The notes below the pieces were generated by a model, which was given only the letters and a program-made list of their open reading frames with translations, was not told the DNA's origin and did not search any database. A stretch of DNA of 64,000 bases from Eledone cirrhosa (lineage: Eukaryota). Of the stretch, positions 26,009-39,262 are shown one piece after another. The DNA lies in assembly GCA_964016885.1 (NCBI GenBank), contig OZ024740.1, positions 65,596,001 through 65,660,000 on the forward strand. The letters run 5' to 3'. Position 1 is the first letter of the stretch, and every line of letters begins with the position of its first letter. The position numbers and the translations under genes were made by a program.

Positions 26009-28711
26009 TTTACGAGTTGGAACCGTGAATGTGCGTGGCCTAGGGATGCCCTGGAAACAGGGACAACTTTTAAACGACCTTAGGTCACACATTATGGATG
26101 TGATAGCCATCACCGTGTCCAGGATCCACAACAGGCAGCAACTAACCCCTATCTTCGACGACTTTGAGATCTAGGCATCTCTCTGTCAGCCAGGAGGTGG
26201 AGGTGGAGTGGCTATCATGTTTCGGAAGAACCTGGACGTCGAAGTACGGTCAGACTTCTTTAAGCGTCTAGGGTCTTTTCTGGGAACGTCTCGCTCCTTC
26301 CTTTTAGTGGGGGACTGGAATGGTATCCTAGATGCACGATGGGACTATGTGGGAGCATGTCCCAGTAGAGCGCGGTGCCACAGCCTCAAAACTTTAATCG
26401 GCCGTTTCCAACTGGCCGATAGGTATCGACTGGATTTCCCGACTGCACCACAGTGGACGTAGGCAAACCGCAGTGGGACATCTAGATCGTATTTAGATAG
26501 GTTCTTCATTAGAGAAAGGGACAAGGAGATGTTAAGCTGTCCACGAATGCACATGGTTGCCTATTCAGATCACAAGTTAGTCGTCTGCTTAGTCAACCGC
26601 GGTAGAATACATAGACAGGGACCCGGAGACTGGAAGATGAACGTGTCGTTGCCGGCACGTAAAGCTTACAGTGAACGGATAAGTCGACTAGTCAAGCAAC
26701 AGTTAACGGGAGCCATCGTCAACAATAGATGGTGGTACTCTCTCAAGAAAGCAATTAGAATAGAATCGATAGGGTATAGCACAGAGTTAGCCTTAGAGAA
26801 AAACAGAATAGAAAGAGAACTAGTAGTCAAAGTTGAGGAGGCACTTAGAAGTGGCAACTCGGCTAGAGTGTCAGCGTCGAGGACGGCACTGGACCAGTTC
26901 TTCGATGCGAAACACGAAGGCTGCCTAGTCAGAAGCAAAACAAGTGCTCTAGGAAACGAAGGAGCGAAAGCTGTCAGCTGGGCCCGAGTAGCGGAGGCAA
27001 AAGGTGGCAACAAGTACATGATTCAGTCTTTGAAAGACCAAAACGGACGCGTGCTACTTGACCCTAAGCGAATGTGCGAGGCCTTTCAGCGGCACTTTGC
27101 GCGACTGTTTGAACAGAACGACGATGAGCCGAACGGGGAAATGGACTTTAGTTCATACCTCGACGGCCTGCCGCGTCTCTCGAACACGGACGCCGAGTTC
27201 TGCCAAAGACCGATCACGGACACTGAGATACGGGACGCTCTGCGCTGCTGCGGGAAACGCAAGTCACCCGGTCTAGATGGTCTACCCTACGAGTTTACAT
27301 AGGCATGTCGGACTTGTTCTCTGGCGTCCTCGAAGCCGTACGTGGAGAGGCAAAGCGATGATGTCCGACAGCGTCGTTGGACGCTGGACGGACGGACCGG
27401 TGAAATTGCTCGGGGTCTGGTTCGGTCCAGACCTCCAGGTGTAGAGAAATAGGAACGAGGTCACGACCAAGGTGTTTGCACTCACCCAGAAGTGGGCAGA
27501 GTGCAAACTATCCTTGAAAGGTCGAGCGGAGGTGGCGAACAATTTCATAGCGTCAGTCATCTACTACCGCTTGACTGTCGTGCCTTGTCCCCGTGAACAC
27601 CTCGCCAAGATGGAACGCATGTTCTTCCAGTTCATGTGGAAGAAGCAGGCTCCGCTGGTGAGGAGATCCGTCTGCTGTCAGCACCCTTCCAAATGAGGGC
27701 TGGGAATGCCGTGGCTGATGATGCTTAAACATGCGCTGAGGCTGCGCCATCTCCAGGTATCCCTCACCGACCCCCAACCGGTGTGGGCACCATTTGTGAG
27801 ACAGGCTTTCCCACAGCTCGTCTCGCTGACGGAGCTGCAGTCCTGGGTCAAGGAAAGACCGAAAACGACGGGCGCCTGGAACATTGAATGCGCTCAAATG
27901 CTCACAGTCCTCTGGCAAGCGGGCGCAGCAATCAATGGAGACTCCACTTCGACATTTTATAGAGGGATTATACGTTACAAGGGCGACGACGTGCTCGGAG
28001 ACTCTCTGGGCATAGAAGACGATGAGCTCACCAGTCTGTTTGGTAGGACTTTCCGCCCGGGACCTATGGACAACTACCAGCGGTCTCTGGCCTCTGCAGT
28101 GCTACCGGGGAGCTCTACCGGTTCGTGTCAAGAGCTACAGGCACAGACGCCCCGCCAGGGATCCTTCCAAGAGGATGTGTCCAAGATGCGCGCAGGACAT
28201 TGAAACAGTCCTGCACGCAAGTGTACACTGCCCGGGCGTAACCGACACGTGGAACTATGCAGAACAACTGCTGTCGCGTATGGGACAAATCCAGTTGACT
28301 GCCGAATCCATAGTAACGATCAAACCGCCAGCCTCTTTCAAAAACGAAAGAGAGGCGGTTTTCCTCTGTACGGTGGCTATGGTGAAAGAAGTTATATGGT
28401 GGACGAGGTTGAGAGGACTGAGGACAGATGTCTTTCTCTCCGGACAACAATTGATTCCCTTCTTTCAGTATCACTTTAGAACGAGAATCAGGGTGGAGAG
28501 AGGGGCACTGCACCCCAGTAAATTTACTGAAAGGTGGGTGAATGAAGCGAAAATGGCCCGAGTGATTGGGCCTTCTCTGTTTATAAGCCCGCAGGCTGAA
28601 GAAGAGTGCAAAAGGGTGAAAGGACCACTTGCACAACACGCTCCTGGAGTTGATGGTTGTTCTATCGACGGGGTATTAAACAACCCATTTGTGGCACCTC
28701 CTCCCTATTAA
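26001..28711 (+). pseudogene. Tx1-like ORF2 lacking the RT catalytic core
   Basis: MASLRVGTVNVRGL, VGDWN, SDHK and KSPGLDGLPYEF, then a jump at ~27341 to the post-YADD region. The C-terminus has CPRC..ETVLH...C. Confidence 0.9.
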
Positions 28712-30244
28712 GGATTTCGATTGTTGTAATTGTTTATTTTTATATTTTTTACACGACTGTATGTAAAATCCCCGGCATGTCTTTGTATTGTCCCCATTTC
28801 TTTTGCGCCTTTGTGGCTAATAAAGAAATATATCTATCTATCAATCTATCTATCTATCAATATGCCTATCTGTATGGATGTGTGTATTTGTGGTTGTTGT
28901 AGTATTAATCTTGTATCACCATGTTCATTGCTATGAAGATCTTATCGAATGTTATACTTAAAAGAATGAACAAATCAGTATCTTACATGATCACACTAGA
29001 GTCGAACCAAGAATTCCACTGAAAACTATTGACAGGAGATAAGATTGTATTCGTAAAACAAATTAAGGAGAAATGGCGGAAAAGAAACAAGAGTCATACG
29101 ACAATAAATTCAATGCAGTGATGCTATATTAATTTAATGCTTTATTTATGTGGCAAGTAATCTTAAGGTTTCAGACACTATTCCTTTTTCGGAAGAGAAA
29201 ATGATACGTATTTGGGAGATAGACGATAGGAAGTCAGATGAAAATATAGAAGTAAACAGGTATACAAAGAGAAGAAAGAAGCTACTTGTTTGTGCTAGGG
29301 AGTCTCCTTCAGCAATATTTCCCCGAAATGTCTGACTGAACGCACACGCGCGTTTCGCTAAAACAATAAATGTTACTTCCTATTCTCTTCTCTATTGCTC
29401 CATTCTTTTTTTCGTCTTATTTCTCACCCTGACTTCTATTGAAAGACTAGTGTCTAAAACGTTAATGTTCTTTTCCTGATGTCTATAGTTCAAGGGAATT
29501 TAACTTAGAACGTAAATAAATAACACCAATTCACAAATCCAGCGCATTAACAAGCTAATATATTGTTAGATGGGTAGCATATTTGAGATTTCTATGAAGA
29601 TGAAGCTAATCAATGTAAATACCATGAACGGAGTGACGTAGATTGTTGCCGATTTGAAAAATGAATACTTACACGGTCAGAAATTATTTAATTTTCTGAG
29701 GAAATGTTATTGAAATAAATAATTTGAGATAAGATGATTTTAAAATATATATGGAACCGTTGCAGATTAAAATGAGAATAGTATGCTACTATATGATATA
29801 TGCAGGCTATGTACTAGAATTGACAGTATGATTATGGAAGTGGTTAATGAATTCCTTTCAATTTCGTGAAACGTAGTAGATGATAATCGTTTCGAATATG
29901 TTGCTTTCATTCAAAAAGGAATTCTCAAAATGTCAACAGTGGGATTTAATGAGCCATTGCATCGAATTTCCATACGGCTGAGAGATTTTCATTTCTATTT
30001 AGCTGATATTATGATGAAAAGTCAAACAGTTTGGCATAGGTTCAAGGAGAGTTAGATGCAGCACATGTTTGTGTGACTATACATTGAGACGTTAGCACAA
30101 TGGAAAACAATACAAATAATTTTAACTTCGCATAGCCTACTCTAAATATGATTACCGTTTCATCAATTTACAGAAATGGAATTTTTCAATACATATATTG
30201 ACATTATAATTTGAATGCTACACATATAGGTGAGAAAGTATATC

Positions 30245-30420
<176 letters not shown>

Positions 30421-30804
30421 CAGTGTGGGTGATTCAGTGGATTGCTGGTTGTGGTAGCAATGTGCACAGACACATGGTATATATTCAATAAAACCCGATT
30501 AAATTATTTTGTTGACATTCTGATGAGCAGATTGATGCTGGTGTCGTGTCTACAGATTCGATAGTTGACCATAGCCAATCATGTCCAACATGTGCGTAAC
30601 CGATGTATATTTAATAAGGTCATAAATCCATGTATACGAAACTTCATGGTTCCTTCTTATTATATAATGGCTTTCTAAACTACATATTTTACATATTTCA
30701 CAATGCTTCAAGCAAACTTTGACACCCTCATATATATATAAATATATATGCATATATATGCATATATATATATGTATATATATATGTGTGTGTGTGTGTG
30801 TCAC

Positions 30805-31560
30805 TCCCGACAATACTTCATTTTTCTAACTTGTCATCCAACTCAAACCCGTACCAATATTCCACCTAACTTAGCTAAGGGAATCTGCACAATAGTCACA
30901 AACACAAGAACACGTGATCACAGACAGAAGAGATGAAATAAATCACTCATAACAAAATATAGCCTCATATTCCAATCGATAATTATATTCAAAACGCGAG
31001 AGAAATTAATATCCAAGTACTTGGAGAACGAAAACATCATACCATATATTTAAAATTTTAACTCTAAATCTACACACATACAACGAACCCTAATATGCTA
31101 CTAAAGAACAAAAAAGTGTAACCTTTTACGAAATACCCAAGTAAACTTTCTAATATATGCAAAGCATCAACTTGGAATTTCAAAGCCTGATGTGAAAAGT
31201 TCAACATATGAGTGAGCGATTATCTATTGGAATTCAACTTCAAAGAAGGTCCCTTTTTTTAATCTAAAAAGGACTCCTTGGCAAATAAAATAAATATATA
31301 TATATATTATAGCATGTAAGAGTTGCTATATGACACTACATTGGTCAAACATATTTAAAACCCCAACGAACGATGACAGTTCACCGCCGACGAATTAGAG
31401 GAACATCACAAGAAAGATACTTCTTAGTCAACATATAAAGAATGCGGAGGGCGAATTTTACAAACTTTCAATGTCTTCAGATACTATCAATGTTGCAAAT
31501 GACCATCAGAAAAAATGCTTATTGGCAAATAATGTTTGTTATAGGGAAACATTTAAGCCA
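30805..31560 (+). pseudogene. Degenerate Penelope-like element C-terminus (thumb plus GIY-YIG)
   Basis: QYFIFLTCHPTQTRTNIPPNLAKGICTIV (SxHP thumb motif), then IYIIACKSC..HYIGQT..RTMTVHR at ~31300-31390. Confidence 0.75.
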
Positions 31561-31798
31561 ATGGTGAAGTCTTTACATACATGAATTTTAATACCTCTTT
31601 AAGGGGCAACGATGCCTCCATTTGTTTTAACAAATGCAGAAGCGACGAAATCATTGAAAATTGAAATTTACAAATTTAGACGTGAAAAATCTTTTGAAAA
31701 TCTTTTGAAGCGAAAGCGGTTAAGAAAAATTACTTTTTGGATATGATTATTTTCGTTTAAAAATATTTCCTCCATATAACAGGGATCGTACAAAAACC

Positions 31799-31922
31799 CT
31801 TCTTCTTCTTCTTCTTCTTCTTCTTCTTCTTCTTCTTCTTCTTCTTCTTCTTCTTCTTCTTCTTCTTCTTCTTCTTCTTCTTCTTCTTCTTCTTCTTCTT
31901 CTTCTTCTTCTTCTTCTTCGTA

Positions 31923-31970
<48 letters not shown>
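31799..31970. repeat. (TCT)n followed by (TCTG)n
   Basis: Seen directly in the sequence. Confidence 0.96.
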
Positions 31971-31971
<1 letters not shown>

Positions 31972-32152
31972 GGCTGATAACAACTGATTCTTTTTTTCAA
32001 ATACCACTTTGGAAGAAGAATCAGGATGGAGAGAGAGGTGCTGTACCCCAGCAAGTTTTATGAAAGGTGGGTGAAAGTGACGAGAATGGCCCGAGACAAT
32101 GGGCCTTCTCTCTATATCAGCCTGTAGGTTGAGGAAAAGGAGGAGGAGAGGA
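31971..32152 (+). mobile_element. Short Tx1-like 3' fragment
   Basis: AAGAATCAGGATGGAGAGAGAGGTGCTGTACCCCAGCAA is nearly identical to 23755-23795. It follows (TCTG)n-TCTATC. Confidence 0.85.
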
Positions 32153-34670
32153 AAGGACAGAACCACGTTCATGGTATAAAAGAGGTCGTAGACTATTGTT
32201 CTCTTAAGTGGTTCATAGAGACGTTCTCTGGCAATGAACGAAAAAAACGAAGATAATACGTCATATGTGGTGCACGCAAAGAGAAAACCACGTAAATGGT
32301 ATAGCAGAAGTCGTAGACTAAAATTCTAACTAGGAGACCGAATGAATCTCCCTTTCAGAGTTAAGAATAAAGTAAATAAATACAATACAGAGGTAATAGA
32401 AATTAAATAAATACATACACGCATACAAAGACGTACATACACAAGCATACGCGAAAACACTTATCATAGGTATACAAAACCACGCACATATAAATATGTG
32501 TGTGTGTGTGCGTGTATACAAATAAATAAATAATTAAATAAACGTATATAAATAAATAAATAAATATGTATATAACAAGCGCACACACATACCTACATGT
32601 AAATACACAAATGTTCGGAGACGTAAGTCTACCAAGACATGAAGTACACATATACACACACCCTACATACGTACGAACCTGCATACTCACACAGACACAA
32701 AACTCCCGTATACACATAACCAAACCATATGTACCAGAATATGTAAAAATATACGCCATAACATATTCAATCAAATATAGCTACGAGAAAGTATACGTAC
32801 CTTCACAAAAAATACAGGTAATATATACTTACCTATGCATATAAGTAATGGTATAAACAAAACATATACTTAGCTACCACATCAAGACGTACAATATCCA
32901 CATATAGATCGTACTATCCGTTAGGTTATAACGTGGGGCTGTAATACGGGAAAGTTTTGTGCAATTTATGTTTACAAGCCAAAATTGCCTCAGATTTTTT
33001 GTTTAAGATATGGTCTGTGGCGTAGAGTATATCCAGGGCCTCAGCGGCGCAGAGGTCACATGGTCTTTTATTTCCGTTATACGATCTAGCCCTAGCTAGG
33101 ATCTCCCAGTGTAACTTATATTGGGTGTGGTTGTCTTTAGACTCCAGATATAAGCTGAAAGTGACGTCATATTCCTTCTTAGAGGGTAACGAAAAGAATG
33201 GGTATGCATGTAAAGACGCTGCTTGAATCTTGGCGGTTAACCCTCTGTAGGCCCTACGGGACGTGGGTGTTTCAACCTTACATTTGTAGACAATGTTACT
33301 AGAGAGGCATTTCCCGGACAGGGGGCAATCAACCCGATTCCTACAATTACATGTTTCTACGGCTAGGTAGTTTAGATAAATTTGAAGCTGTGGTGTTATG
33401 TGCAAGGTTAGGGGTCGTAGAGTAAGACATTTTAATAGTATTCCTATTAAAAATGTTACTATATTTATGTGTAGGGGGAAAATGCTTCGTAATAAGGGAA
33501 ACACAGATCTTAGCTAATCGTGTGGCAAGTTCTATATTATATGGTGGGTTATACCAACAAATGCGAGGGGATCTATTTCTTCTAGGCCTATTTCCGTCCT
33601 CTGTATATGCTACCTTATCGACAAATCCACTCCGAGCAAGAGCTTGTTTGTAATAAGTGGAATGGTCGTTGAGAATATGCTCGTTAGTAGATAGACGGGA
33701 AATCCTCAACGAAACGTTTCTTACCAGGTTCTTGGTTATGCTGACAGGATGGTTGGAATGCTTACTTATGTAATTGAGCGTACCATTCGCCTTTCTATAC
33801 GGGTAATACAACCCGTACGTATATTTTATTGTATATGTTATGGCGTATAATTTTATATATTCTGGTACATATGGTTTGGTTATGTGTATACGAGAGTTTT
33901 GCGTCTGTGTGAGTATGCAGGTTCGTACGTATGTAGGGTGTGTGTATATGTGTACTTCATGTCTTGGTTGACTTACGTCTCCGAACATTTGTGTATTTAC
34001 ATGTAGGTATGTGTGTGTGCTTGTTATATACGTATTTATTTATTTATATACGTTTATTTAATTATTTATTTATTTGTATACACGCACACACACACACATA
34101 TTTATATGTGCGTGGTTTTGTATACCTATGGTAAGTGTTTTCGCGTATGCTTGTGTATGTACGTCTTCGTATGCGTGTATGTATTTATTTAATATCTACT
34201 ACCTCTGTATTGTATTTATTTACTTTATTCTTAACTCTGAAGCGGAGATTCATTCGGTCTCCTAGTTAGAATTTTAGTCTACGACTTCTGCTATACCATT
34301 TACGTGGTTTTGTCTTTGCGTGCAATTGTTCTCCACGCTCCACGTATGATGTATTATCTTCGTTTTTTTCGTTCATTGCCAGAGAACGTCTCTATGAACC
34401 ACCTAAGACCTCTTTTATGCCATAACCGTGGTTCTGTCTTTGCGCGTAATTGTTTTTCACCGCTCCTATTAATGACGTATTATATTCGTTTTTTCCCGTT
34501 CTTTGCCAGAGAACGTTTCCACGAACCAAAGTATCGTCTTCCTGTCCTCCTCCGGTTGCAACGATTTTTGAAATATCCACTTCTGCGTTTACAGATTGAC
34601 TTTGTTAGTTTCAGAAGATCCCGTTAAGGGTGAAAGCAGCGATTCTTTCTTTAATCTGTTATTTTAATAA

Positions 34671-34672
<2 letters not shown>
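32153..34672 (-). mobile_element. 5'-truncated Naiad-type Penelope-like element with ~620-bp inverted pLTRs
   Basis: Arms 32153-32779 and 33822-34440 are reverse complements, with the ORF remnant between them. Confidence 0.88.
32926..33820 (-). pseudogene. PLE RT thumb, Cys linker and GIY-YIG endonuclease (frameshifted)
   Basis: YYPYRK..NYISKHSNHP, WYNPPY, FNRNTIKMSYS, CNCRNRVDCPLSGKC, NIVYKC..Y.G and CDLC..E..LNKKSE...CKH. Confidence 0.9.
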
Positions 34673-34750
<78 letters not shown>

Positions 34751-34752
<2 letters not shown>

Positions 34753-35574
34753 TAACCGAATTACCCGCGCCTTCCTGCGTTTCACACATTTTTTATGTAA
34801 GAAAATGCCGATTGATTTTAAATCAGTGATATAATTTACGGAGAAAAACTCAGTATTTCAATAATACTCAATGTAAAATGTAATGCATGAAAAATGTGAA
34901 AACATTATTTTTTGTAATATTTGAATGGCGGTGGAATGGCAGTATCGGTAGAAGGTCGGACGCCATGCTTTCCAGCATAGTTACGTCTCTTTACGATCTG
35001 AGTTCAAATCCCGCCGAGGTTGACTTTGCCTTTCATCCTTACGGGATCGATAAAATAAAGTACCAGTAATGCACTGGATAATTGCTGGCCTTGTGCCTAA
35101 AGTAGAAACAATTATTTTTTGTAAGATATCAAATAAAAATTACATTAGTAAATCGTATTCTTATGTTATTTTTCAAATCTTTTGTGAATAGCCATCATAT
35201 CTTGTCGTTTACCTATTGTTTAAATATCATATAAATCGAGGGCAAAAGTTTTTCAGCGGCGATTGGTGTCCCTGGGGAACCCTAATAGGGAGTTTAACCC
35301 CCATTAGGGTGTCTTAATATTTATGAAAATTGCTAAAAATTTTTGAAAAGGCATCATATCTTGTGATTTAACTATGGTTTAAATTTTAATTTCATATAAA
35401 TAGAAGGGAAAACATTTTCAGCGAAGGTTTGTACCCCCGTGGAACCCATTGATTAAAATGAAATATACTTATTCAAGTACCCTGCGCAATGTAGTTTCAG
35501 AATACATATGGTTATGGGGTCTATCGCCCAAATCATAGGAGTAGTTTGTGAACAAACAGACAGGAATATAACTT

Positions 35575-35590
<16 letters not shown>
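34751..35590 (-). mobile_element. Probable non-autonomous Helitron
   Basis: The minus strand starts TATATATAAAGTTATATTCCTGTCTGTTTGTTC and ends with a GC-rich hairpin-like segment, ACGCAGGAAGGCGCGGGT, then TTAG-T. It contains a nested SINE. Confidence 0.5.
34927..35114 (+). mobile_element. tRNA-derived SINE
   Basis: Full copy with A and B boxes, flanked by the repeated sequence TTATTTTTTGTAA. Confidence 0.9.
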
Positions 35591-35608
<18 letters not shown>

Positions 35609-35663
35609 ATATATATGTATATATATATATATATATATGTGTATAAATATATAACATATATAT

Positions 35664-35743
<80 letters not shown>

Positions 35744-35753
35744 CATATATATG

Positions 35754-35806
<53 letters not shown>

Positions 35807-35840
35807 TATAATATCAAAAGATGGTTAAAAGCGTTCCATG

Positions 35841-35911
35841 TATTTTATTATGCGCATTTCAAAAACAAAAATCATCATGAGATGACATTTGCGTTTTTGT
35901 CAGATAAAATA
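35841..35911 (-). ncRNA. Hammerhead ribozyme motif with a core mutation (CUGACAA)
   Basis: UAUUUUAU-CUGACAA-stem II-GAAA UGCGCA UA/AUAAAAUA, with an 8-bp stem I and palindromic stem III. G8 is replaced by A. Confidence 0.65.
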
Positions 35912-36252
35912 GGGAGACATGATATGAAGGTTAAAAAACACTTGTGAATAGTGCAGTTTTAAATAAACATATGAAAAGTAATTTAAGATCGATTTGTGAT
36001 ATTGGGAATAAAAATGAGGGGGGAGGAAAGAATGCAATAGAGGAGGAGATGAGAGTAAAGAATGGTGGGGGGAGTATAATAAGGAAGGATGAGGTAGGAG
36101 AAGGGATGGGTGATACAAAGAGAGAGATAGCCTTTATAACTGAGAAAAATATATTGTTTCACAGATAGAGGTTAAAAAGTTGTTGGAAGATAATATATAA
36201 TTTAAAAGAATTTGAAAATTGATGAAGAGAAAAAAATTAACGAAGAGAAAAA

Positions 36253-36413
36253 TATTAAGAATAATGTTAAATTAAGGTTTGTATATTGAAGGGTTTAATA
36301 ATATATGCGATGAAAAGAAATTGTTAATATGTATTAAGAATAATATTAAATTAAGGTTTGTATATTGAAGGGTTTAATAATATGTGCGATGAAAAGAAAT
36401 TGTTAATATGTAT
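36253..36413. repeat. 80-bp tandem duplication
   Basis: TATTAAGAATAAT..AAGGTTTGTATATTGAAGGG..GAAATTGTTAATATG occurs twice. Confidence 0.85.
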
Positions 36414-36959
36414 TATTAAAATAAAATTATTAATGTTATTAAGGATATAACGTGAAAAGAAGTAGAAGAGTGGATGAATTATGACTTTAGAGGAATCAGT
36501 TAGTGTTTAAGTTTGTTTTTATGTATTGTGATGTGTAATATGTAAAAGTTAGACGAGCATGAAAGGGAGAAAAACATATAAGGAACTGAGGATAAATAAT
36601 CTAATGTCAAAATATGTTTATGTTTACGAAGAATTTTTAAAGGTAATACTATAAAGTATTTAAAAGGTAATAATAATGTTTATGCCCAGTGATATGAAGG
36701 AAGAAGGAAGAGTGGATATATTGTGGTTAGTAATAATAAGAATTGAGAAGTATCTAGGAAGAAAAAGTACAGATTAGAGGTTAGAAATTAAAAGAAAAAA
36801 AGAAAAAAGGAAGAAAGGGAAGTGATAAATAGGAATGATATAGAATGAGTAACTAGTGTTATATAATGTATAATAAATAACATTGAAATAAGGTAGAAAG
36901 ATGGGTATATTTTTAAAGAAATATATATATATATATGCCTTTGAGAAAAACGATTTTAA

Positions 36960-37620
36960 ACTGGTAAATTATTAATTATTGGCTGTATACTTTATGGAAT
37001 GTTCTGTGGAATGTATGCAAGCAGAGAGAAAATAAGTCAGTGCGTTTATTTATTATAGAATCTGAATTAGATATAATGGTAAATTTCTCACATAAACAAA
37101 GATTACCTGTTTTGGATAGAGAGGCATTCAATTAGGGAGAGGGAGAACAAACTTTCCTCCAATAGAAGTTATAGTTAATATATTTGTCTTTCAAGGACCA
37201 AATGAGTTCTGAGAGTGATGTGTTGGTTCTTTTAAGTTGGTATTTAAAAGAAGAATGATGATTATAAAGACGGGCTTTAAAGGAGGTGGAACTGGAGCCA
37301 AAATAGGTAGAGGAATCGGTGTCAGTTATAACTTTACATTCATAGATTAGGTTTTTTTTCAAGACAATGGTTGTTGAGAGGATATTTATTTTTAATAGGG
37401 CAATTACAATTGCGATTAGAGAAATTAACAGAGTTATTAACAAGTGACCTAGTGTTATCTATAGCAGGAATTGGATTGGAGATGTTATTTACGATAGGAA
37501 TAATAGTTTCCTGATTTAGATTGGTATTAAGAACATTTAACGTAGTTACCTTTGACGTCGTATTTGGTTTTGCAGATACTAGCCTAGAGTTAACAATGAC
37601 GTTGCAATTTTCAACTGTCA
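36960..37620 (-). pseudogene. Naiad-type PLE GIY-YIG remnant
   Basis: CNCPIKNKYPLNNHC, LIYECKV..TYFGSSSTSFKARLYNHHSSF..TSLSELIWSLK, then LCLCE..NKRT. Confidence 0.85.
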
Positions 37621-37848
37621 CAGTTGAAAATTACAAACTTGACTGTCACCACACATTATGAACCTGAAGATTGCGAAGGCAAGAAAGTACTTGTTCAATT
37701 AACACTTAACATTTAATATTCTACCATACTATTTCATTCTAATACCATTATCAATTTTAAAGGATTGTAAATAAAACGAGTAAATCAGACAAAGTTGGAA
37801 TTCCTTTTATTAATATAATCTTCTATACACAATCATACACACCCGTAT

Positions 37849-37968
<120 letters not shown>

Positions 37969-38018
37969 GAAAAAGTGAAGAATATCATGGTCAACAGTAC
38001 AAAAAAGGAGATTTATTT

Positions 38019-38129
38019 ACTGTCTAACGATTGTTTCACTGATAGAGTTGTCTAAAAATTGCTAAACACTGAAAGTAGTGCCACTCAATTTAAAATACAT
38101 GCTGGCCTCCTCATATCTTCAGAAACTGT
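38019..38129 (-). ncRNA. Inverted copy of the 38739 hammerhead
   Basis: Reverse complement with the same core and one stem I mismatch. Confidence 0.6.
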
Positions 38130-38738
38130 TAAAGAATATATATGTAACCGGCAAATTTACAAATTCAAATTACAACATCAATAATAATATTAATAATAAA
38201 GTTAGAGAGAGAAAAAAGGGAAGGGATATATATATAGTAAAGAGAGAAAAGAATGGAAGAAGAAAGACGAAGAAGGAAAAATAAAAATAAATAGAGAAAG
38301 AAGAGGAAAAAAGGAGATATTATTAAAGCTAAAAATAAGATGTATAGAACATGATAGACAAACATAAGTAGAGATAGCGTAGGATAGAGAGAAGCAAGTG
38401 GAGGGACAAATAGATGAATATGATAGACAAACACAAGTAGAAATAGAATAGAGAGAATAAGGTAGAGTGGCAAATAGATGAATTAACTTTAATACATGAA
38501 TAAATGTAAATAAAAATAAAGATAGATATATAGAAATATATGGGGAAATAAATTAAAAAATATATAAAAATATATAAAAAATTGATAGATAAATAAATAA
38601 ATAAACAAATTACATCTAATGTAATATAAAATGGTATAATATGTGAAAAGTGAAGATGAAAATAAATAAATAAATATGTAAAAGGAGTAAAAATGTACGA
38701 AGAGTATTTAAACATGCCGGTTACATATATATTTTTTA

Positions 38739-38849
38739 ACAGTTTCTGAAGATATGAGGAGGCCAACATGTATTTTAAATTGAGTGGCACTACTTTCAGT
38801 GTTTAGCAATGTTTAGACAACTCTATCAGTGAAACAATCGTTAGACTGT
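38739..38849 (+). ncRNA. Type I hammerhead ribozyme with a long stem II insert
   Basis: ACAGUUU-CUGAAGA-(~78 nt)-GAAAC AAUC GUU/AGACUGU, with a 7-bp stem I. Confidence 0.65.
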
Positions 38850-39069
38850 AAATAAATCTCCTTTTTTGTACTGTTGACCATGTTATTCTCCACTTTTTCA
38901 ATGTTATTACTCCAAGATAAACTTACATAAGAATACAAGTGAAATCATAAACTCGTCATCTATGTAAACCTCTTGTCGAGTCATACAACGCCGTACTCTA
39001 CAACTATCCATGATAAGAAGTATTCACAACCTCTAATTGGATTACCTATAACGATATCTTGTTATCCTT

Positions 39070-39262
<193 letters not shown>

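Larger units (their letters stand above)
23877..28830 (+). mobile_element. Second Tx1-like LINE (divergent subfamily) with an internal RT deletion
   Basis: ORF1 ~24.1-26.0 kb (FFPTYMGKRT, CFRCGNTAHLKAPC) and ORF2 from ATG 26001. (TATC)n lies at 23846-23876 and 28831-28858. Confidence 0.92.

Noticed and set aside
30515-30612. CTGATGA-GCA...TGC-GTAAC hammerhead-like motif
   Set aside because: The GAAA box is altered and there is no convincing stem I. It is at best a relic.
34927-35010. tRNA gene
   Set aside because: The A and B boxes belong to a SINE head, and no complete cloverleaf is evident.
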